A stretch of DNA of 64,000 nucleotides from a virus (Duplodnaviria > Caudoviricetes). The DNA lies in IMG/VR virus record IMGVR_UViG_3300013426_000018, positions 96,001-160,000 of that record; one strand, 5' to 3'. The notes below the pieces were generated by a model. That model saw only the letters and a list, made by a program, of their open reading frames with translations, did not search any database and had not been told where the DNA came from. Numbering within the stretch: position 1 is the stretch's first letter; each line of letters starts with the position of its first letter. Of this stretch, positions 42,891 to 54,282 are shown one piece after another. The position numbers were made by a program, and so were the translations under genes.

Positions 42891-45398
42891 TTGGTTAATG
42901 TTAAAATTTAGAAACGAGATGGACGAATAGTTCCATTTGATGAAAATAAAATAGTTGATGCAGTATTGGCAGCTTTTAAAGAAGTAGATGGAGAAATTAC
43001 TGAATATGCTGAAATTAAAGCTGGAAATATTGCCGATTATGTTTATGACTATTGTGAAAATCTTCCAGATGGAAAAATACTAAATATTGAAGAAATTCAA
43101 GATTTAGTAGAACATGGTTTAATGAGTTTAAAGAAAAAGGATGTCGCAAAAGCTTATATTCTCTATAGAGATAAGCGCAATGCCGCAAGAGGTAATTTAA
43201 CAGACAAGACTTTCCTTGATTTTCTAACTGGGCAAAGTGATTATTGGAATACCGAAAATTCTAATAAAGACGCAAAAATTGTAACTACACAACGAGATTA
43301 TATCGCTGGCATAGCAAGCACTGATATAGCAAGACGTTTTCTTCTCCCAAAAGATGTGTGTAATGCTCACGATTTAGGAATTATTCATTAGCATGATGTT
43401 GATTATATGGCTCAAAATGCTTTAACGAATTGTTGTCTAATTAATTTACATGATATGCTTCTAAATGGAACAGCAATTAGTGGAGTTAAAATCGACCCAC
43501 AACGTCGTATTACAACTGCTTCAACAGTAGCTACTCAAATTATAACGGCAGTTGCAAGTAGCTAGTATGGCGGCTGTACAATTACTTTAACCCATTTAGC
43601 CCCTTTCGTAAGAATGAGTTACCAAGAAAACTATCAAAAAGGATTAAAGTATTTCAATGATGATAAGGAAAAAGCTGAATTCTTTGCCGAAAAAGAAACT
43701 AAAATTAATATAAAAGATGCAGTTCAAACTTTTAATTATCAAATTAATAGTATGAGCACAACAAATGGGCAAGCACCTTTCTTATCTGTTTGTATGTATA
43801 TTAGTGAAGATCCCGAATATGAAAAAGAAACTGCAATGTTAATTCAAGAATTTCTTGAACAAAGAATTCAAGGAATGAAAAATAGTAAAGGTGTTTATAT
43901 TACCATTGCATTCCCAAAATTATTATATGTTCTTGATGAAAATAATATTTATCCAGGCGGCGAATATTGGTATTTAACACAATTAGCAGCAAAATGTACA
44001 GCTAAACATATGGTTCCTGATTATATTTCTGCTAAGAAAATGCGTGAATATAAAGTGTCACCTGTAAATCAGACTCATGATGTATATGGTTGTATGGGTA
44101 AGTGTAATACTATAGCTCATATAAAATTTTTTGAACTTTTCCAAAAGGTGTTTTATAATTATTATAAAGCTAACGGTTAGGTCTAAATTGGTTAGATGAG
44201 ACCGTGTAAAAATTACTTTAGAACTTTATAAAATAACAGTTCTAAATTAATTTTATGTATCGACTATTCCTGATGAATGTAAGGAAGTAAGACAAGGATT
44301 GGATCTTGTTTGAAGCGAAAAACAACTCTACAAATTGTAGAATGAAGATATAGTCAGTACCATTAGTGATAATGGAATAATATGTGTAGAAGTTTTTTAA
44401 CTCCCGATCGATGTACAAAAAACTATGCAAAAGCTTTAGATTATATTCCAGGAGTATCAAAATACTATGGAAGATTTAACATGGGCGTAACAACTATAAA
44501 TCTCCCTGATGTCGCTTTTTCAAGCGAAGGAGATCTTGATAAATTTTGGGATTTAATGGAAGAAAGAACTGAACTCTGCCATAAAGGTTTATTAGCAAGA
44601 ATTAAACGTCTTGAAAATGTAACTTCTGATGTAGCTCCTATACTTTGGCAAGACGGAGCTTTTGCTCGATTAGACAAAGGCGAAAAACTACATGATTTAA
44701 TCCATCACGGATATTCTACTGCTTCTCTTGGATACGCTGGTCTTTATGAATGCGTAAAATATATGACTGGGCAATCATTAAGCCAAGAGGAAGGCAAAGA
44801 GTTTGGTCTAAAAGTTATGCAATTTTTAAACGATAAATGCGCTCAATGGAAAAGTGCTGAAGATATAGATTATTCAGTTTATGGCTCTCCCATTGAAAGC
44901 ACTACTTATAAATTTGCCAAATGCTTAAAGAAACGTTTTGGTGATGATATTTTTATTAAACTTGATGGTCATGATAGAAGTTACATAACTAATAGTTACC
45001 ATTTGCCAGTATTTGAAAAAATTGATATTTTTTCAAAATTAAAAATTGAGAGTGAATTCCAGAGACTTTCTCCAGGTGGAGCAATCAGTTACGGAGAGAC
45101 AGCTAATCTGCAAAATAATATTGATGCAGTATTAACTGTTATTCAATTTATTTATGATAATATCATGTACGCAGAATTAAATACAAAAAGTGATTATTGT
45201 CAAAAATGTGGTTACGATGGAGAAATCTTAATAGATGATAATATGAACTGGTATTGTCCTAATTGTGGTAATAGAGATCAAAGAACCATGAATGTAGCTC
45301 GACGCACTTGTGGATATGTGGGTAGTCATTTTTGGAATTATGGTCGCACACAAGAGATAAAAGAACGCTATGTCCATCTTGGTGGAGATGAAACTTAA
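42891..45398 (+). CDS. nrdD: Anaerobic (class III) ribonucleotide reductase, spliced (exons 42891-44099, 44385-45398)
   Basis: ATP cone I*KRDG, ENSNKD, IH*HD, TNCC, GQAPF, MG|CRSFL, YITNSYH, RRTCGY. Confidence 0.92.
44100..44384 (+). mobile_element. Group I intron in nrdD just before the MGCR cysteine, no ORF
   Basis: GCTAACGGT, GACCGTG, ATCGACTA, AAGATATAGTC. U|...G. Confidence 0.87.
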
Positions 45399-45889
45399 TG
45401 AAATATGCAGATATAAAATATAATGACATAGTAAATGGGCAAGACATATGTGTGTCATTTTGGTGTCAAGGATGCCCCATACATTGCGAAAATTGTTAGA
45501 ATTCTGTTATATGGGACTTTAATGGGGGTAAAGAATTTACCCCCGCAACCATGTCAGAAATCATTCAAGCCATTTCTGCGAATGGTATTGAACGCAATTT
45601 TAGTATTTTAGGTGGAGAACCTTTATGTGATGAAAATCTATTTTTAACAACTTTAGTCATTCAAGAAGTGCGTAAAGTTTATCCAAATATTAAAATTTTC
45701 CTTTGGACAGGTTATTATTATGAAGATTTATTAAAAAGAGAAAATCCTCATCTAAAATATATCTTTGATAATATTGATTATCTTATTGATGGCCCGTATG
45801 TTCAAGCGTAGAGAGATATAACTCTTAAATTAAGAGGTTCCCGCAATCAGCATATTATTTCTATGCCAGAAGGAAAAGTTGAAGAATAA
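45398..45889 (+). CDS. nrdG: Anaerobic RNR activating radical-SAM protein
   Basis: GCPIHCENC*N, SILGGEP, LIDGPY, LRGSRNQ. Confidence 0.9.
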
Positions 45890-45932
45890 TAAAATTTTTG
45901 GTATAATATAAAAAAGAAAAAGGAGAATTTTA

Positions 45933-46289
45933 ATGAATCTATATTCTCTAAATAAACAATTAGTAGTATAGCTTCCTGATATAGAAGAATTTAAAGAAAG
46001 CATTGCTCTCTTTAATGAATTCGCCCGAACTAAAAATAATAAGTATTATATGCTTTTAGGCAAAGAAATTTCTTATTATACAGTGTTTGAACGCTCTCTT
46101 GGACTAACTGAGTCTATTGGGGAAGCGACCATTGATTGTTTAAAGAATATTGGGCCTTCCATTAAATCTATACAAAAGAACGAAGACGAAGAATCTATTG
46201 AATGTTGGATTGTTCCAAAAGCATCAAAAGATCCAATTGTACTTTATTTCTTTCCTTATGATTATGGTATGTGCCCCGTTGGAGTGTAA
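45933..46289 (+). CDS. Hypothetical protein
   Basis: RBS and ATG 45933. One TAG; in frame with the track ORF. Confidence 0.6.
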
Positions 46290-46292
46290 TAA

Positions 46293-46559
46293 ATGAAAAC
46301 AATTTATTGTTATTTTAATCTTTTTGATATGCAACAGTGGATTAGCTTATATGATGAGGAAACAAAAGATACTATTCCGCTAACTGTAATTCCTACAAGA
46401 GAGTTCTCTAAAAATATTGTGTTACAATGTCATAAAATAAATACTAAAAATATTCATCTTTATGGGAATGAGCAATATTTAAATTCAATCGCAGAAGAGA
46501 TTAAAACTATTGGAAAAACCGATTATTCTTATGATGATATGATTGTGGAGGTAAATTAA
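46293..46559 (+). CDS. Hypothetical protein
   Basis: 88-aa ORF in operon. Confidence 0.55.
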   Translation: MKTIYCYFNLFDMQQWISLYDEETKDTIPLTVIPTREFSKNIVLQCHKINTKNIHLYGNEQYLNSIAEEIKTIGKTDYSYDDMIVEVN

Positions 46560-46561
46560 TA

Positions 46562-46771
46562 ATGACTAGAATGTCAAAAGTTGTAGAAACCTATAGAGCT
46601 GATTCTGAAGATGAAGTTAATGATTTAATCGAAAATGCCAAGGCAGATTCTTCTTTTGACCTTGCTAAGTATAGTAGTGAATATAAAGAAAAGAAATCTA
46701 AAGGCGATGTAGTGGATAGCGGCTGGGTGACTTAGCTTACAAAAGTCTACTCTCAAATGTGGGAGGAATAA
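46562..46771 (+). CDS. Hypothetical protein
   Basis: GGAGG RBS. 69 aa with one TAG. Confidence 0.55.
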
Positions 46772-46774
46772 TTT

Positions 46775-47326
46775 TTGAAAGATTGTAGATTTGAATTTAT
46801 TGAAGGTTACGAAGATAAAGGTTTAATTCTTCCTTAGCGTAAAACCACTGGGGCAGCTGGATATGACTTTATGTGTGCAGAAGATACAGTTATTCCTTCT
46901 TTAGCTAATATGACTAAAGATGTTCTTGATAATATTAATGTTAATATTCAAAGTGATGAATATATTAATATAGCTACGATGGAAGAATTAACTAAATAGT
47001 CTGGTTTCCGTCCCTCTTTAGTCCCTACTGGCGTGAAATGTAAAATTCCCGAAGGATATTATTTACAATTAAGCGTCCGCAGTTCAACTCCTTTAAAAAC
47101 TTGGCTAATTCTTGCTAATTCGGTAGGAAATATAGATGCCGATTATTACAATAATATGTCAAATGAAGGACATATTTATTTCCAAATAATGAACCTTTCC
47201 CCTTTTAATATTCAAATTAAAAAAGGAGATATTATTGGACAAGGTATTCTACTTCCTTATGAAATTACGGAAGATGATATTCCAGGAGAAGAAAGAACTG
47301 GTGGATTTGGTTCCACTTCTAAGTGA
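46775..47326 (+). CDS. dut: Trimeric dUTPase
   Basis: LP*RKT.GAAGYD, VPTG, RSS, GNIDADYY, GQG, RTGGFGST. Confidence 0.9.
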
Positions 47327-47817
47327 TAATTTTAGCTTTTGATTAGGCTTCAAGGTGCAGTGGGTACAGCGTCTTTGAAGATTAGAAATTAATTGCTTAG
47401 GGAACTTTTACATTTACAGATAGTAATATTGGTGTGCGGTTAACGCAAATTCGTAATAAAGTTATTGAATTAATCACATAGTATAAACCAGATTTAATTG
47501 CTTTTGAAGATATCCAAATGCAACAAAACGTAGAGACTTTTAAAGTATTAGCTCATGTCTTTGGAATTATATGGGAGCTTGCAGAAGAGCTTAATATAAA
47601 AAATGAGCCTATTCTATCAGGCACTTGGCGAAAAGGTTTAGGCATAGCTGGGAGAACTCGCTCAGAATAGAAAAAAAATGCCTAGAAATGGGTTAGTGAT
47701 AATTTTAATTTAAAGGTTTCTGAGGATGCTGCTGATGCAATCTGTATAGGGGCATATTCTACAGGCATTAGATGCAAGAAACAAAAAATTTGTCAAAAGC
47801 CCTTTGACTGGTCGTAA
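47323..47817 (+). CDS. RuvC-like Holliday junction resolvase
   Basis: ILAFD*ASRCSGY, IAFEDI, WRK.LG, EDAADAICIG. Confidence 0.8.
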
Positions 47818-47885
47818 ATTATTAATAATCATTCCCTTTTTTTTATAATACTTTGGAAGGTTTATAAGAAAGGGGAAGTTTACTG

Positions 47886-48353
47886 ATGGAGTTTCTCTCT
47901 GAATGGGGCTCTCAAATTGTTCTTTCCTTGGTCGTTGCTGTTTTTACCTATATATTAAATAAAAATATGAAGGAAAAAGATGAATCTATGAAACAATATC
48001 AGGAACTTCTTATTAAAGAAGCAGACAATAAGACCAAAAAAGAAATCGATATTTAGTTAGAGCCAATCTATAAAGAACTAGAAGACATTAGAAAACGTAT
48101 TCTTTCTTTATAGGATAAAGAAAACAAAGACCTCGAGGACATTAATGAAAATTTTGAATTGATAATAGCTTCGTATAAATACAGACTTGTGCAATTGTGT
48201 AAAGAACTTTTAAAATAGGGATTTATGTATTAGTATCAATATGAACACCTCAATGAGTTTTATACTTTGTACCATAACCTCGGCGGGAATGGCTCGGGAA
48301 CAAGCTATTATGAAAAAGTCTGTAGTGAATTAAAGATTAGGTCCAATCCATAA
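47886..48353 (+). CDS. Membrane-anchored phage protein (YHxLGGNG family, holin-like)
   Basis: N-terminal TM helix, coiled coil, YHNLGGNG. TAG readthrough. Confidence 0.55.
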
Positions 48354-48392
48354 AAAAATAGGGGAGACTTTTTTAGTCTCCCCTGAATTTTA
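48352..48392. terminator. Bidirectional terminator at the convergence of the + and - arms
   Basis: A-run then GGGGAGACT/AGTCTCCCC hairpin. Confidence 0.65.
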
Positions 48393-48693
48393 TTTCTTTA
48401 TAAGCTTTATTCGTTAATCTATTTATTTTTCTTCCATAGTTAGTAATAACTTCAACCACAGTTTCTTCCTCTCTTGGCGTTAAAGCGATATTATAACTAT
48501 AAATTACTGCGTGAGTAATTTCATGGCATATAACTTTTTTGATTTTTCTTTTAGGCAACTCTTTATTAATATAAATAATATGAAAAAAATTATCACAACA
48601 CCCAAGAGCCTATTTACCTTCTGGGGTTAGAAGAACAGGATTAAATGATGGTACTAAGGCAAGATTCCACCTAATCCCATTTATTATAATCAT
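48373..48693 (-). CDS. Small HExxH metallopeptidase-like protein
   Basis: LGCCD...IYIN...VICHEITHA...EE. One TAG. Confidence 0.6.
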
Positions 48694-49145
48694 TTCATTG
48701 AGCCAATTTTAGTTGCAAGAGCAGAAATTTTCTTCTCAAGATACTGCTTTTCTTCTGGAGACGAGTCCTAAATCATATCCACAATATCAGCAGTTAATTC
48801 TTGCATATATCTTTCTAGTTCTTTTAACTAAGTGGCTTTATCTTTGTGCATTTCTTTAGCTTCCATATACATACGACGATTTTTATGGCTATGCCCTTCA
48901 TATTCATCATTATCGTCATTATAATCTTCATATAGATATCTTTTATGGCTACCAGCTCTTTGTTGGTAGTCATTTTTTTCGTTCATCGCTTCTGTTATGG
49001 TAGCATAATAAATGGCTTCCTCCAAATCCTTTAACATATCAATAGCTTCACTCAATTCATGAGTATCTGCGTTAGCGATATCACAAAGTTCACACTCTAC
49101 AGCACAAGCGATTTGACGTTTCATTTCATGTAATTTTTGCAACAT
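48690..49145 (-). CDS. Hypothetical helical protein
   Basis: Track ORF extends through TAGs to TGA 48690. Confidence 0.6.
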
Positions 49146-49159
49146 ACCAAAAAACCTCC

Positions 49160-49585
49160 TTAAGCAGTTCTAATAGCTGTTAAGTTAGCATTCTGGACGT
49201 TTATTGCAATTGTAGAGGTATTTTCTACGCTTACAGAAACACAACAGCCACGGGGGACCTCAATAAAAGTATCTCCATGAACATTAAAATAATTATCAGC
49301 TACAGCTGGGGTTACTATCATAGTAGTTGCGGGAATCGTCTCTCCATTTAAAGCAATTGCTAATTGAATAGGACCAACTGTCCCGCCAGTAGGAATAGCA
49401 ATATTGCCAGTAAAAGTAACACGATATCTTGCTCTGCACTGATCGGTTAAACCGCGGAGGGTGACTAAGCCACTACCTGATCTGTGGATAATATTACAAT
49501 TGCCACTTATCACTGTATTGGTAAAATAAACATTTTGTCCAGCATTAACAGTTTGTACTGCGTCAGCAATAATTTCCATAATCAT
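49160..49585 (-). CDS. Beta-sandwich hypothetical protein
   Basis: 141 aa, beta-rich, RBS present. Confidence 0.6.
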   Translation of the reverse strand: MIMEIIADAVQTVNAGQNVYFTNTVISGNCNIIHRSGSGLVTLRGLTDQCRARYRVTFTGNIAIPTGGTVGPIQLAIALNGETIPATTMIVTPAVADNYFNVHGDTFIEVPRGCCVSVSVENTSTIAINVQNANLTAIRTA

Positions 49586-49601
49586 TAATCCTCCTTAAAA
49601 A

Positions 49602-50324
49602 TTAATTTCCACAATTACAAGTGTTATAGCCATAAAGACCATAATTATAGCATTGAGGAGGACTTACCTGATAAGCAGGGATTGGGCTTGGACGCAATGT
49701 ATTTACCAGATAATTATTCTGAGCCTGCTGAGAAGCCGCAAACTTCAAGGTCTAGTTCTCGTTCTGTAAAGTAGCAATTTTATCCTAAGTTAAGAAGTCT
49801 AAAATAGAACGAATACCAGCATTATTATTATCAATAATATCACGAGTACTATCACAAATAGCCCTACGAGTATCGCAAGACTGAGTAGCTAAATTATAGT
49901 TAGTATCAGCGAAACCTCTTTCGAGAGTTCTCTGTGTGGTACAACAGCAACTAGAAATCTAATTAGCAATGTTATTAAAACCTTCTTGAGTCTGATAACC
50001 TAAAGTGCAAACAGCATTATCAACGCCATGGAAGCCATTAGTAATACCGTTATTTAAAGCATAAGTAGAATCAGCTAATCCATAAGTCTATTGATCTAAT
50101 TTAGAAATTAAAGTCTACTGATCAACAGCAGCCCGCACATCAGCTTGAGTGGCACAAGGAATGTTATTGCCTTCACCCCAGCCTCCACGGCCCCAGATGA
50201 ACAAGAACAGAAGGATAATCCACCAACCGGAATTCCCACCAAACATACCATCATTGTTGTAGTCATTGCTACGAGTAGCCGCAGCAACATCCGCTAAGCT
50301 ATAACCATTATTACTATTAAACAT
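49602..50324 (-). CDS. Conserved Firmicute-phage hypothetical protein (GGWWIILLFLF type)
   Basis: Opens through TAGs. Gly-rich TM segment, CC motif, RPSPIPAY, Cys-rich tail. Confidence 0.65.
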
Positions 50325-50339
50325 AAAATTTTTTCCTCC

Positions 50340-50570
50340 TTAAAGTCCCATATTTCTTCGGAAATTATTGAACTCTTGGTCAAAATCTACGCCTTTCTCT
50401 TTGCAAATATTTCTTGCTATTTTTTCGATTTCGGCAATTTGACCTTGTTGAGCCAATTGTAGGAGATTAGCTCCTAATGGAGTATTTGCTTGCTATTGTA
50501 ACATCATCATAACAAGCTATTGAGGGTTTTGTCCTTGTTTAATTAGTTGAACGATTTGCGTAGGATTCAT
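50340..50570 (-). CDS. Small Gln/Met-rich hypothetical protein
   Basis: MNPTQIVQLIKQGQNPQ*LV... with RBS. Confidence 0.6.
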
Positions 50571-50582
50571 AACATTTCCTCC

Positions 50583-50990
50583 TTAAAAATTTAACAGTCC
50601 AGAAGAAGCCGACTAGGTCTCAGATGCTTTTGGCTATTCTTTTTGCGGTTTAAGCGAAGCTTTTATCTATTCTAATGCCTATTGGAATTCTTCTCTTGTC
50701 ACAAAATTTGTGGCCATACTCTGCTATGTGTCCTACTGTATTTGAATAGGTCGTAGTTCATACATATTTAAAGTAGCCGTGCCATCAATATTAATCTGTT
50801 TTGTATAAATGCGTTTATTGGCTAAATCTGGGAAGTAGAAAATTGAACCATCAAAATCAATAGGCGAAGCCTTTGCCTCTTCTATTGAAGAAACCATACG
50901 TCCTTTTAAGGCCATCGTTTGTGGCTATCGCATATATTGATTTATTGGTTGCTATTGTGGATAATAATTATAGTTCTAATTTGGGTACAT
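50583..50990 (-). CDS. Hypothetical protein
   Basis: MYPN*NY...LKGRMV...IYTKQIN.DG...FVTREEF. Many TAGs. Confidence 0.6.
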
Positions 50991-51148
50991 ATGAGAGTAT
51001 CTCCTTTCTATCTCAAAAAATCTTTTATCCTTTCCCTCATTATAATGTAAATTTTGTGACAGATTTATTACATATTTTTGACCTGAAAATGGCAAAAAAA
51101 AAATTTCCCCGACAAGTTTTACTATCTTGTCGGGGGTTTTTATTATTT

Positions 51149-51547
51149 TTAAGAATTTTTTTTAGCTAATTTAACTTGAGCTTCAATCATACTTTCAATG
51201 AATTTATCTAAATCTCCATAGATACTAGCTAAATACTTTTTAGCTTCATCACTAAGAATATTCATAACAGCTTCTTTGGTCTTATTAAAAGCTTCCTTTT
51301 GAGCAGCTTCATCAAAAGCTCCAGTTTTCTTTAAAGCTTCTACATAAGTCTAATTCGTTGCTTCGACACAAGTACAAATAGTTTCAGTCAACATTTTAAT
51401 ATATTTACTTGCTAAAGCATTATCTGTGCTATCAGCTATTTGATTTCCCTTCGCTTTTAGATATTGAACTAGATAAGTAGTTAAAACACCTAGAAGAGGA
51501 ATAACGCAAACATAAAAAATTTCTTGTAAAAGTTTTACCCAATCCAT
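51149..51547 (-). CDS. LL-H-family-like holin
   Basis: One N-terminal TM helix, then CVEATN*TYVEALKK...MIEAQV. Confidence 0.65.
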
Positions 51548-51564
51548 AAATTTTCTCCTTTATA

Positions 51565-52185
51565 TCAAAGAATTTCCCAATAGAGATCAAATCCATTTTC
51601 TAAAGTAGATAATCTATTATAGATTTCTTCCACTGTAGAAACATCGTATTGATAATTTTCACTATCATTGCCAACAAATTCCATACCATGTAAGACTTTA
51701 CTTTTTGAAGGCTAAGTGTTTAAATTATATAAATATTTTATACTTTTTCCGTCTTCTGTGCGGGTAGTCTAATAAAATTTAATAGAAAAAGTTACGTCCC
51801 CCGCAAAAACGGTAGCAGGGCCTTCAATGACCCAAGGGAATGCTATTTTTTCATCTTCAGCAAAGGTGGTCACATCTTTATAAGTTGGGACATATATATA
51901 ACCGCTCTTTCTGGCTTCTGGGTCAGCATTTTTATATTGAATTAAAACAGTTATATCATCTGACCCTAAGTCCTTCATATCAAAATAACGGTCACATTTA
52001 AAATAGATAGTTTCCGCACGATGGTCATATTGAACACTTAAAAACTAAGGAGCATTAATGATTCTAGTTTCTAAATTTATTTCATAAATAGGCTCATCTT
52101 TTGGAAGTGGAATAATTTGATTCTATTTATTCTTACTATTTATTTGATGTAATAATTCATTATAATCAACAGGAGAAGTAATCAT
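51565..52185 (-). CDS. Baseplate upper protein (BppU-like)
   Basis: EINLETRII..P, DHRAETIYF..DRYFD, FPW.I....T...G.V.F.I.FY, LNT. Confidence 0.6.
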
Positions 52186-52207
52186 AATAATTCACTCTCC
52201 TTATTTA

Positions 52208-53992
52208 TTATATAGAAAGCACGAACAACGCAGTAGTTAACTCAGGGCTCTCATTAAGAACTGAAGTATCTTTATTATATTGATTAATTACTTTTGCGTA
52301 ATAAGTGCCAGTATGATTAGGAGTACAAGTTTCTCCAAGGCCTAAAGAAGTAGCTTCGGTTTTACTTAATTTCTCAAACCACTCAATGGTATAGCTATCA
52401 GTCCTTTCAGGATTAGCAAAGTCTATCTCAACAGAAAGAGGAAGAATTGAATCTGGGTCAAAAGTAGCTCCTGTAGCCTCCTAATCTCCGTACCGATAAG
52501 TTAAAGTAAAATCACTAGCGGGATAAGTAACACGCATATCTTCGCTAATAGTTTCCTTTATATCTTTATTTCTCTCGTTAATAGCTTTGATAGAGTAATA
52601 ACCTTCCTCGTTGACAGTTAGAGTTTCGTTGGTTTGTCCTTCTAAAATAGTAGCCTTATCACTTTCATTGACTTTTTTATACCATTGGTAGGTAGTTTTT
52701 CCGCCATTAGAAGTAATTATTGGGCTTAGAGTAATAGAGTCATCTTCTATTTTATAATGCTCAAAATCTTCCTCAATATTGGGAGCTTCCGCAAAATTAA
52801 TAAGCCATTTTTCAGAGTTGACTTCAGCAGAATTACCCCGTCCAGCGGCATTAGTAGCTTTTACATAATACCATCCAGCTTCTTCTGGCATATAAGAAGT
52901 ATACTTATAATAAAGGACTTCTCCGCTTTCAGTTTTACCTCCACTAATATTGCCAGAATACTTTTTATAACTATCTCCATCTTTAATATAATAAATTTCA
53001 CTAGAATCATTTGTGTTTATAGTAGATTCAATTTCTGTATAAGATTCTTTTTTATTATTTTCTGTTATTTCATTCCCTTTATCATTTTCGATCACAGAAT
53101 GATACCACTTATAACTGATTGTACCGAAGCTATTAGTATCTTCTTTCTTGTCAAATTTGGCTCTAGTATTAAGACCTTTAGCTAAATCAATAAGGTCATA
53201 ATTGCCAATAAGAGGATTGTAAAAAGATGATTCAAAAATAGGAATAGAAGCAGGGTAATCAAGTCCATAAGAAGAGCTATTTTTATATAATGCCATAACC
53301 GCATCCGTGTTATCTTCCAATAAAGCTTGATAATAAGCATCATCACTTAAATCAAAATCTAAGCCAGGATTTATTTTGATAGTTGCAGTTAAAGTGCTAA
53401 AATTATATTTTAAAGTAAATTTACTAGAATCTTTTTCATCCTATTCTCTTGTAAAGAATCTAACAGAAAATTTTAAATTGCCAGGGATTTTAGTGATATT
53501 TTCACTAATGGGCCAACCAAAAACAACTTTTCCAGGGATTAAATTTACTGTTTTATTAATAGCAAGTGTTAAACCAGTATCTTTTTGGTTTACTCCTTGG
53601 GCTGGAGCTTCCCATTGGATAAAAGCTTCTTGTTCAAATAAATCAGTAGCATCAAAATATCTATCTATAGAAAAATAAATAACTTCAGCAAAATGATCGC
53701 CCTAAACTCCAATGCCATTTTTAAAAGCATCAGGAATCTTAATAGTTCTTGTATTAGCATTTATTTCAAAAGGTTCTTCATCGGTTATGCCAGGTAAGAT
53801 GAGAAAATAAGGATCTGCTTTTTTCTCTACTACTAAATCTTTAAGGTCTTCTAATACGGTAAAATAGTCATTAATATCATCAAGACTATCATCATTACCA
53901 AGAACTCCTGAGTTATATTCCTTTAAGATTTTAGTAGCCTCAGCACATAATTCGCTATAGTTATTACCATTATCTTTAGTAATCATGTACAC
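52208..53992 (-). CDS. Baseplate/tail structural protein (BppU-like N-terminus + Ig-like repeats)
   Basis: Track ORFs 53702 and 52481 are one frame via TAG. INANTRTI.IP, GDHFAEVIYFSIDRYFD, Y.WY...GYY repeats. Confidence 0.65.
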
Positions 53993-54075
53993 CTTTTCTT
54001 CCTTTCTTATAGAATAGGGAGTCCTTTTTCAGGACTCCCCTCTTTTTTTTATTAAAAAGTTTTTATTAATAAGTA

Positions 54076-54282
54076 TTACTCTTGACCATTTATTTCATAC
54101 CAGCTATCTAAATCCCTCTCAGAAATAATAACTGTTGATACTTTCTTAACTCCATTCGTTAAAAGTTTATCTTTACTAGCAGTTAATTGATATTTCTTTA
54201 CGCAAGGAGTCCCAGGTAAATAAATACCAGTAGTAATAGTACCATTATCACCTAAATAAACAAAAAGTTCATTTTTTATCAT
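54076..54282 (-). CDS. Small tail-associated hypothetical protein
   Basis: 68 aa, coupled to the giant gene stop. Confidence 0.55.
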   Translation of the reverse strand: MIKNELFVYLGDNGTITTGIYLPGTPCVKKYQLTASKDKLLTNGVKKVSTVIISERDLDSWYEINGQE

